Below, piece by piece: positions 56,974-64,000 of a stretch of DNA of 64,000 nucleotides. Source of the DNA: Chloroflexota bacterium (GTDB lineage Bacteria > Chloroflexota > Dehalococcoidia > Lucifugimonadales > UBA3495). The translations under genes were made by a program, and so were the position numbers. The stretch lies in assembly GCA_027623675.1 (NCBI GenBank), contig JAQBVF010000010.1:35899-99898 (forward strand). Reading direction: 5' to 3'. Numbering within the stretch: position 1 is the first letter of the stretch; every line of letters begins with the position of its first letter. The notes under the pieces are model-generated. The model was not told the origin of the DNA, did no database searches, and worked only from the letters and a program-made list of their open reading frames with translations.

Positions 56974-58257
56974 ATGCTATCAATCGAACACATACGCGAT
57001 AATCCCGATAAGGTGCGTAGCGCGCTCCAGACCAGGGGCGAAGAAGACCCCATCACCGAAGTGTTGGAGCTGGACGCCCAGATCCGCGCCGCCATCACCG
57101 AGCGCGACCGCCTGAACGCCGAGCGGAACCGGGTCAGCAAGGAACTTGGCCAAGCCCGCTCGCAGGGTCGAGAGATATCCGAAGACGCCCGCGCCGAGAT
57201 GCGGAAGATCGGCGGCCAGGCCGACGCCTTGAACGAAAAGACCAAGCAGTTGACCGACAAGCTGAATGGGCTGATGCTGGAACTGCCCAACCTGCCCCAG
57301 GCCGACGTGCCCGTGGGCGAAGACGAGTCTGGAAGCGTGGTCATTCGCCAGAGCGGCGAACCTCCGGTGCTGGATTTTGAGCCCGAACCCCATTGGGACC
57401 TGGGCCCGAAACTGGGCATCATCGACTTCGAGCGCGGCACCAAACTGGCCGGAAGCCGGTTCTACACCATGCTGGGCTACGGCCCCAAGCTGGAACGGGC
57501 GCTGATCGCCTGGATGCTGGACCTGCACTCCAATGAACACGGCTACACCGAGATCTCACTGCCGGCGGTGGTGAAACGGGACATCATGGAAGGCTCGGGC
57601 AATCTGCCCAAGTTCGCCGATAACCTCTACCACGACGAAGAGGACGACCTCTGGCTGATTCCCACCGCCGAGGTCCCTATAACCAACCTGTACCGGGACG
57701 AGATCATCCCGGCCAACACATTGCCGCTGAAGTATGTGGCCCAAACGCCATGCTTTAGGCGCGAGAAGGCTTCGGCGGGCCGCGACACCCGGGGTATCAA
57801 GCGGGTCCACCAGTTCAACAAGGTTGAGATGTACCAGTTCGTGGAACCTGACACCTCCAACGACGAGTTGGAAAGACTGGTGGACGATGCCGAGGATGTC
57901 TGCCGCAAGCTGGGGTTCACCTACCGGGTGCTGCAACTCTGCACCGGCGACATGGGTTTCGCGTCCTCCAAGACCTATGACATCGAGGTCTGGGCCGCCG
58001 GCTGCCAGGAGTGGCTGGAGGTCAGTTCCTGCTCCAACTGCACCGATTTCCAGGCCCGCCGCTCCAACATCCGGTACCGGGCGGAGGATGGCGGCCGCCC
58101 CCGGCTGCCCCACACCCTGAACGGTTCCGGTCTGGCGCTCCCCCGGGTCATGATTGCCATCTTGGAGAACTACCAACAGCCCGACGGCTCGGTGGTAATC
58201 CCCGAGGTGCTGCGGCCCTACACCGGGTTCGACGTCATACCCGCCAAGACGAACTGA
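56974..58257 (+). CDS. serS: Serine--tRNA ligase
   Basis: LIPTAEVP, CFRRE, RVHQFNKVE, EVSSCSNC, HTLNGSGLA. Confidence 0.98.
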   Translation: MLSIEHIRDNPDKVRSALQTRGEEDPITEVLELDAQIRAAITERDRLNAERNRVSKELGQARSQGREISEDARAEMRKIGGQADALNEKTKQLTDKLNGLMLELPNLPQADVPVGEDESGSVVIRQSGEPPVLDFEPEPHWDLGPKLGIIDFERGTKLAGSRFYTMLGYGPKLERALIAWMLDLHSNEHGYTEISLPAVVKRDIMEGSGNLPKFADNLYHDEEDDLWLIPTAEVPITNLYRDEIIPANTLPLKYVAQTPCFRREKASAGRDTRGIKRVHQFNKVEMYQFVEPDTSNDELERLVDDAEDVCRKLGFTYRVLQLCTGDMGFASSKTYDIEVWAAGCQEWLEVSSCSNCTDFQARRSNIRYRAEDGGRPRLPHTLNGSGLALPRVMIAILENYQQPDGSVVIPEVLRPYTGFDVIPAKTN

Positions 58258-58336
58258 AGCGAGAAAGGTTGTCGGAAGAGGTCATCCCTCACCTATAAGC
58301 CGTGGAAACTCTCACAGGGTCCATCTGTTCAGGCCG

Positions 58337-58870
58337 ATGCACCCAAACCCGCCCGATTCTTGGAGTCGCACCGTCTTGTTCCTCAACCGCCGTTTCTTCT
58401 TTCCCTTGGTCATTCTGTTCCTCGTCACGGCATTCATCGTTGCCTGTACAACCCTGGTAGAACTGGTCGATGACGGGACCCCCACGGGCGCCGGCCAGTC
58501 CGCTCCAGCCACGGTTGCTCCCAGTCCCACAGTCCCACTGAAGGGTCGTCCGCGGATAACGGGCTGGAGGCATTGGCCCGGCAACTGACGGCCGATGGGC
58601 TGATCACAGCTGATCACATAGGAGCTTGCGGACCGGATGCTCGCGTCCATGAGTGTCCTGGATGCGGCGGACCCCTAGCTAAACGACTCTGAAGCCGCCA
58701 TGCACGCCCTATTCGAATAAAACGATGCATTCCAAACCTGGGGTCAGAAGGTCAGGGAGAACGGCATCGTCGTCCCGATCGAGGACCCCTGCGCCGGTTA
58801 CTCAACCGACGTTGTGACCAAGGAAGTTGAGCTGATCCACGAGAAGATCATCAGCCTGCTTGGCTCGTAG
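58337..58870 (+). pseudogene. Decayed putative lipoprotein gene
   Basis: Signal peptide and lipobox FIVAC. The coding-like sequence continues through a frameshift, a 10-bp duplication (GCTGATCACA x2, 58599-58618) and three in-frame stops to ...EKIISLLGS* at 58870. Confidence 0.55.
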
Positions 58871-58942
58871 ACCGTGCCCTTTCCCAGACGCTCTCGCTTA
58901 GGCTAGAATAGCCCGAAATCAGGCTGAGCCAGGAGAGAGAGC

Positions 58943-59752
58943 ATGTCAGGTATATGGCCTGGTGAGACCCAGTGCGTGGCGCTGCTGGGGTTCGATGTGG
59001 ACGGGGTGTCGTCCTGGCTGAACCGGGACCCCAACTTCAAGGACCACCCCAGCCTGATGTCCATGGCCGAGTACGGCCCGTCGGTCGCCACGCCCCGCAT
59101 ACTGGACATGCTGGACGCCCACGGCATCCCCGCCAGCTTCTACGTGCCTGGCTACGTGGCCGAGACTCACGAGGACATGGTCAAAGAGATATTCACCCGC
59201 GGCCATGAGGTCGCCCACCACGGCTACATGCACGAGCCGCCGTCCACCCTGACCCGCGAGCAGGAGAACGACGTCATCGAGTCGGGCATCCGCATCTTGA
59301 GCGGCATCACCGGCGAGGTCCCATTGGGCTACCGGTCGCCCAGTTGGGAACTTAGCGAACACTCCCTCGAACTGCTCACCGGCCACGGCTTCATCTACGA
59401 CAGCAGCCTCATGGGGGACGACGCCCCCTACATCGTCCAGTCACCGGCCAACGGCAAGTCGCTGGTTGAGCTGCCGGTACATTGGCTGCTGGACGACGCC
59501 CCCAACTTCGTTTACGCCCCCGTGGCCAACCGGCTGGGGCCGATGCGCAACCCGGACGAGGTGTACGGCGCCTGGGCCGCCGAGTTCGAGGGACTTTACC
59601 GGTACGGCCGCGCCTTCACCCTGACCATGCACCCCCAGTACATCGGGCGTCCGGGACGCCTGCTGATGCTGGAAAGGCTCATCGAGCACATCAAGACCTT
59701 CCCCAACGTGGAGTTCATGCGGGCCATCGACGTGGCCCAGATGTGGCGGTAG
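58943..59752 (+). CDS. CE4 polysaccharide-deacetylase-family hydrolase (PuuE / H. pylori PgdA-like)
   Basis: FDVD, HEVAHHGYMHE, GYRSP, YDSS, TMHP. Confidence 0.9.
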   Translation: MSGIWPGETQCVALLGFDVDGVSSWLNRDPNFKDHPSLMSMAEYGPSVATPRILDMLDAHGIPASFYVPGYVAETHEDMVKEIFTRGHEVAHHGYMHEPPSTLTREQENDVIESGIRILSGITGEVPLGYRSPSWELSEHSLELLTGHGFIYDSSLMGDDAPYIVQSPANGKSLVELPVHWLLDDAPNFVYAPVANRLGPMRNPDEVYGAWAAEFEGLYRYGRAFTLTMHPQYIGRPGRLLMLERLIEHIKTFPNVEFMRAIDVAQMWR

Positions 59753-59844
59753 CGCCGGGGCCCTGACGGCGGTCAACACGTCTCTTGCCAACCCAGCGGC
59801 TTCGCTATTAACATGCTGTCAGCAGTCCCGGCAGGAGCTTGACC

Positions 59845-60147
59845 ATGCCCAAGGTACATGACCGCGGGGGTTGGCCCAACGACGACCCAATCGACCATTC
59901 CGAGCACGAGATGGAGGAGTGGGAACGCCTGGTTGACGCCCTGAACGGCGTGCTGGGCGAGAAGGGACTCAAGAACACCGACCAGTTGCGCCGGGCCATC
60001 GAGAGTCTGGACCTGGAGACCTACGAATCGTTGGCCTACTACGAGAAATGGACGGCCGCCATGGAGATCCTTCTGGTGGAACAGGGCGTGATGACCACCG
60101 GCGAGATCGACGCAAAGATGGCCGCCCTGGAACAGGAGAAGCGGTAG
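59845..60147 (+). CDS. Nitrile hydratase beta N-terminal-like subunit (ScnB-like)
   Basis: VHDRGG, WE, DQLRRAIESL, YYEKW. AGGAG SD. Confidence 0.88.
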   Translation: MPKVHDRGGWPNDDPIDHSEHEMEEWERLVDALNGVLGEKGLKNTDQLRRAIESLDLETYESLAYYEKWTAAMEILLVEQGVMTTGEIDAKMAALEQEKR

Positions 60148-60149
60148 CC

Positions 60150-60440
60150 GTGGCCGCTAACGCAAAGTTCCGGCCCGGCGACCAGGTCCGCATCAGGGTG
60201 GGCACCCCGCCGACCCACTTCAGGACACCGGAATACATCCAAGGCAAGCAGGGGCGGGTCGACACGCTGTGGGGCGCCTTCCCCAACCCCGAATCCCTGG
60301 CCTACGGCGGCGACGGCATGCCGGCCCAGCCGCTGTACCTTGTCGAGTTCTCCCAGATGGACCTCTGGACCAACTACAAGGGCGCCGCCAGCGACAAACT
60401 GCTGATCGACGTTTACGAACACTGGCTGGAAAGCGTCTAA
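60150..60440 (+). CDS. Nitrile hydratase beta C-terminal SH3-like subunit (ScnA-like)
   Basis: FRPGDQVRI, HFRTPEYIQGKQG, LYLVEF...LW, DVYEHWLE. GTG start. Confidence 0.88.
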   Translation: MAANAKFRPGDQVRIRVGTPPTHFRTPEYIQGKQGRVDTLWGAFPNPESLAYGGDGMPAQPLYLVEFSQMDLWTNYKGAASDKLLIDVYEHWLESV

Positions 60441-60491
60441 CCCCCAAAACCCCACGACTATCCATAGCCCTGACGGGCCAGGAGAGCAACG

Positions 60492-61127
60492 ATGGCCGAG
60501 AACGGACACGAGAACGGGCATAGCCACGGAGAGAACGCCGAGTATTACTCGCTGCGAGCCGCTGCCATGCAAGCCCTGTTGATCGAGAAGGGCATCTGCA
60601 CCCTGGACGACATCCTGACCATGGCCGACAAGATCGACTCCCGCTCGCCTGAAGACGGCGCCCGGGTGCTGGCCCACGCCTGGGTTGACCCCGAGTACAA
60701 GCAGCGGCTGCTGGCCGACGCCGAGTCCGCCCTGTTGGAGCTTGGCTACGACCTGCCTGAGACCGCGCCCAAATTAACGGTCTTGGAGAACACGGACGAC
60801 GTCCACAACATGGCCGTCTGTACGCTATGCTCCTGCTATCCCAGGGCAATCATCGGCCGGCCGCCCGCCTGGTACAAGGGATTGGCCTACCGCTCCAAGG
60901 TGGTCGTCGACCCACGGGGCGTGCTGCAGGAATTCGGCACCGAGCTTGACGAGGCGGTCCAGGTGCGGGTCATCGACAGCAGCGCCGATTTCCGCTACCT
61001 GATCCTCCCCAGGCGCCCCGACGGCACCGAGGGCATGAGCGAAGCAGAGCTGGCCAAGCTGATAACCCAAGAGAGCATGATTGGGGTGCAGCAGGCCCTT
61101 TCGCCGGAGTCGGTCCGCGCCAACTAG
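60492..61127 (+). CDS. Cobalt-type nitrile hydratase alpha / thiocyanate hydrolase gamma-like subunit
   Basis: Metal motif VCTLCSCYP, AWVDPEYK, YRS, RYLILPRRP. Confidence 0.93.
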   Translation: MAENGHENGHSHGENAEYYSLRAAAMQALLIEKGICTLDDILTMADKIDSRSPEDGARVLAHAWVDPEYKQRLLADAESALLELGYDLPETAPKLTVLENTDDVHNMAVCTLCSCYPRAIIGRPPAWYKGLAYRSKVVVDPRGVLQEFGTELDEAVQVRVIDSSADFRYLILPRRPDGTEGMSEAELAKLITQESMIGVQQALSPESVRAN

Positions 61128-61146
61128 CCGCACCTATCGTGAAAAT

Positions 61147-61182
61147 AAAAAGCCCTGCCAGAATACTCCGGCAGGGCTTTTT
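61147..61182. terminator. Bidirectional intrinsic terminator
   Basis: AAAAAGCCCTGCC-N10-GGCAGGGCTTTTT between convergent genes. Confidence 0.9.
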
Positions 61183-61219
61183 CTCTCGGGATATTTGGCT
61201 CTTGCGCGGTAGAAGTCCG

Positions 61220-62029
61220 TTAGTCGGGGCGGTCTAGCATCTGCTGGGGGATGTCGCCCAGTAGTGCTTCCACATCAAGTTTGGCTGTGTCGTTGCCCAG
61301 GCCGATGTGCAACGGCGTGATGGATATGCAGTTGTTCTTGATCGCTGCGATGTCGCTGCCCTCGGCGGGGGTCTCGCCGCTGGGCTTGTTCCTGGAAATC
61401 CAATACCGCTTCTCCGGACCCACGTTCTCGGCCCGGACGTTCTCGCCCCAGGAGCGGCCACCCAAACGGGTTACTTTGACGCCGGCCACCTGGTTCATCT
61501 CGATCTTGGGTATATTCACGTTGAGGAAGAGCGGGTCGCCGTTGTAATCCTTAAATCTCTCGGCAAGCGGTTTGAGGATCTTCTCGGCGATGTCGTACTT
61601 GGTATTGGTGACCGCGGCCACCGAGATGGCGATGGTGTTGTAGCCTCTGGCAAAGCCCTGATAGGCGCCGCCCACGGTCCCGGAGACCATGACATCCCAG
61701 CCCACATTGGAGCCGGCATTCACGCCCGACACCACCAGGTCCACATCCTTAACCAATGTCTCAAGGGCCAGTATGCAGCTGTCGCCGGGGGTGCCCTCCA
61801 CGGAGAATGCGCTCACCGGATACAGGCTGCCTTCCTGGTCCAGAAACTCTTGGTCGACGGTCCACTCGCCCGCTTTGATTGGCGCGTGCAAGGTCAGACA
61901 AGCGCCCACGCCGCTCTGCTGCCGATCGGGCGCGACCACGACAACCTCGCCAACGTGCCGCAGCGCCCGGGCCGCCGCCCAGATGCCGGGAGCGTTGATC
62001 CCGTCGTCATTCACAACCAGTATCTTCAT
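61220..62029 (-). CDS. surE: 5'/3'-nucleotidase SurE
   Basis: ILVVNDDG, QSGVG, GTPGD, SGVNAGSN, SGTVGGA, ISITPL. Confidence 0.95.
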   Translation of the reverse strand: MKILVVNDDGINAPGIWAAARALRHVGEVVVVAPDRQQSGVGACLTLHAPIKAGEWTVDQEFLDQEGSLYPVSAFSVEGTPGDSCILALETLVKDVDLVVSGVNAGSNVGWDVMVSGTVGGAYQGFARGYNTIAISVAAVTNTKYDIAEKILKPLAERFKDYNGDPLFLNVNIPKIEMNQVAGVKVTRLGGRSWGENVRAENVGPEKRYWISRNKPSGETPAEGSDIAAIKNNCISITPLHIGLGNDTAKLDVEALLGDIPQQMLDRPD

Positions 62030-62199
62030 ATCTCTCGCAGAGCCTTGGGGGCACATTTTCGATATCGGAAGGCCTCAGATATCTTATCAGGTGGGTTTTC
62101 TAAACACAAAAAGTAACGGGCCTCAATCGTGAGAACCAACCGCCCCAGGCTGACGATCAGCCCAGGGCGGTCAATGCTCAGATTCACATTCTGGCTAGG

Positions 62200-63531
62200 T
62201 TATCCGCCACCGCCACCGCCCCCTCCCGACGGTGGGGGCGGTGGCGGTGGCGGGTCCCCTCTAGGTCCTTCCAGACCTCGTGGCCCTTCCGGCCCAAGCG
62301 GTCCCTGGGCCCCAATGGGACCGTCATCCGGCATGGCAGCCACAAAGTTCTGGATGTAGGCGATCAGATACCAGATATTGTTGAATGGGCCCTGTAGGTT
62401 ACTCACGCTGGAGTTCACGCTGTCCCTAGCGTTGTTGACGCCAGAATGGATGTTGGACCTGGCGGCTTCCAACTGGGACGCGACCGGTGGTATGGCCTCC
62501 TTGATGTCGTCGATAACCGAAAGGGCCGCGACCCCGGGGTTGCCATCGACCTGGCTGCATGCGTCGCCGATCAGGTCTCCCAGAGCGTTGTGCGGTATGT
62601 TGCCGCAGTTCGGCGTCAGCGAGGCCAGGTCGCCGGGCACCAAGGAACCGGGGTCGGCCAGAATCGCGGCCACTTGCGGCGGCAGCGGCAGGCTCCCTAC
62701 CAACGGCAGCGCTCCCGGCGTGAACACCGAGAACGGGTCGGTGGGTATGGATATGTTGTTCAGGTCGTTCAACGCCGTTGACGCGTTCGCTTCGGTCAAC
62801 CCCAGTTGCGTGCGCAGGGTGTCGATCGCGTCCCGGAGCGCGGCGGCTGAGCCAGCAACGTCGGTCTGCCTGACGGTCACGCCGCCCAGGCAAGCCTCAA
62901 GCCCGATCCCCACTTCGCCGCCGGCATTTAGGGCTGGCGCGACCTTGGCTAGGACTTCACCCTGGCCCGATCCGCCGTTCCCGTAAACCAGGGCGCCGAG
63001 ACGCCCCAGGCCCTTGCCCACGGTCTCGCCCTGGATGCCGAACTCGGCCCCTCCGCTGATGCCCAGGTTGGCGCAGGCGGTGATCTCCATGTCCAGTTCG
63101 TCCACCAGGTGGGTGTCGAACACCAATTGGTCCAAATCGCCGATCAGGGTTTCAATCAGGTCGGCCTGCTCGTTGATCTTGTCTTTCGCCTCTTGGATCT
63201 TTGCCTCTATCAGGGCTTCCATGAGGTCGGCCCGGGCCTGGTTATTCTGCTCGATCGCCAAGAACCTGGTTTGATTGGCGATCTCGATCGCCGCGAATCT
63301 CGCTTGGTTGCTGGCATCGGTTACACCAAACCGTTGCTGGTCAGCGACTTCGATCGCTTGGATGTCGGCCAGCACCAAGGGTGTGCCTTGACCGTTGTTC
63401 TGCCCGGTCTCTTGACCTGGGTCTCCGGCGGCCTCAGCCGTCGAATCAGCCAGCCAAATGGCCATCAGCGCCACAGCCATGGCCAAGGCGATGGTTGCGG
63501 CCACCCTTGGGTTTAGTTTTCTAGCATTCAT
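62200..63531 (-). CDS. Secreted hypothetical protein: coiled coil, Cys-bounded Gly-rich segment, collagen-like/polyproline tail
   Basis: GGAG SD, Sec-type signal (ends AEAA), heptad region, and tail GPIGAQGPLGPEGPRGLEGPRGD-PPPPPPP-SGGGGGGG. Confidence 0.85.
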   Translation of the reverse strand: MNARKLNPRVAATIALAMAVALMAIWLADSTAEAAGDPGQETGQNNGQGTPLVLADIQAIEVADQQRFGVTDASNQARFAAIEIANQTRFLAIEQNNQARADLMEALIEAKIQEAKDKINEQADLIETLIGDLDQLVFDTHLVDELDMEITACANLGISGGAEFGIQGETVGKGLGRLGALVYGNGGSGQGEVLAKVAPALNAGGEVGIGLEACLGGVTVRQTDVAGSAAALRDAIDTLRTQLGLTEANASTALNDLNNISIPTDPFSVFTPGALPLVGSLPLPPQVAAILADPGSLVPGDLASLTPNCGNIPHNALGDLIGDACSQVDGNPGVAALSVIDDIKEAIPPVASQLEAARSNIHSGVNNARDSVNSSVSNLQGPFNNIWYLIAYIQNFVAAMPDDGPIGAQGPLGPEGPRGLEGPRGDPPPPPPPPSGGGGGGGG

Positions 63532-63634
63532 TTAGGGCTCCTTGCCCAACGCCGGTCGCCCGGCGTCAGAATCGGCACGGTTCGCACTTGGGTATGTTTA
63601 GATCGGGCACGTTTAGAATGAAACGGTCCACGTC

Positions 63635-64000
63635 TTACCCGTTTGGACCCTGCGGTCCTTCCGGTCCCTGGGGGCCTTGTGGGCCTGGCGGTCCCACGGG
63701 GCCCTCTGTCGGCAGTTGGTTGACCCGGTCCAAGATGCTGTCGGCCGTACCTTCGATACTATTGGCCGTGCCCTGTACGTTACTCACGTTGGAATTCACG
63801 CTGTCCCTGGCATTGTTGACGCCAGAGTTGATGTTGGACCTGGCGGCCTCTAGTTGGGCTGCGAGGGCTGAAAGGGCCGCTTCGATGTCATCGATGGTCG
63901 AGATGGCAGCCGTACCGATGTTGCCATCGACCTGGCTGCATGCGTCGCCGATCAGGTCTCCCAGAGCGTTGTGCGGTATGTTGCCGCAGTTCGGCGTCAG
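63635..64000 (-). CDS. 3' part of a paralogue of 62200..63531 (runs off the window)
   Basis: Hand translation LTPNCGNIPHNALGDLIGDACSQVDGN...QLEAARSNINSGVNNARDSVNS...GPVGPPGPQGPQGPEGPQGPNG*. 63920-64000 is identical to 62539-62619. Confidence 0.9.
   Translation of the reverse strand: MTPNCGNIPHNALGDLIGDACSQVDGNIGTAAISTIDDIEAALSALAAQLEAARSNINSGVNNARDSVNSNVSNVQGTANSIEGTADSILDRVNQLPTEGPVGPPGPQGPQGPEGPQGPNG

Overview
A GC-rich bacterial chromosomal window. The gene set (acVLRF1-type release factor, Ahb-type heme operon, Ni-SOD, many catabolic enzymes) suggests Chloroflexota, probably Dehalococcoidia/SAR202-like; this is an inference, not a search result. Positions 1-20.4 kb are a mosaic accessory tract next to the 3' end of a tRNA-Ile(GAT). 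It holds a Lys-rich smORF, a Uup-like ABC-F, a 12-repeat NHL protein, recD2 and flavoprotein remnants, a GH-clan-D-like protein, a three-gene molybdenum hydroxylase, a MarR-MMPL-ABC efflux cluster and a haloalkane dehalogenase with a divergent MmyB-like regulator. Positions 20.7-64 kb are mostly core genes: mscS, a sirtuin, pcm, an HTH regulator heading ahbAB-sirC-hemC-cobA/hemD-hemB-hemL, sodN, ilvD, mazEF, malic enzyme, tldD-rmuC-pmbA, enoyl-CoA hydratase, mutS2, acVLRF1, NIPSNAP, an aldolase, rubrerythrin-VIT1, rplY, a DUF3800-like gene, a PhnCDE-like (putative selenate) ABC importer, lysS, serS, a CE4 hydrolase with a three-subunit Co-type nitrile/thiocyanate hydratase, surE and two tandem paralogous secreted proteins. 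The best candidate for an undescribed system is the tightly coupled Vms1-like peptidyl-tRNA release factor plus MutS2 pair, a putative two-gene ribosome-rescue module. Other leads are the secreted beta-hairpin/collagen proteins, the SCNase-like hydratase, the direct-repeat regulator of the heme operon and two structured 5' leaders. All calls come from motif recognition by eye; no database searches were run.
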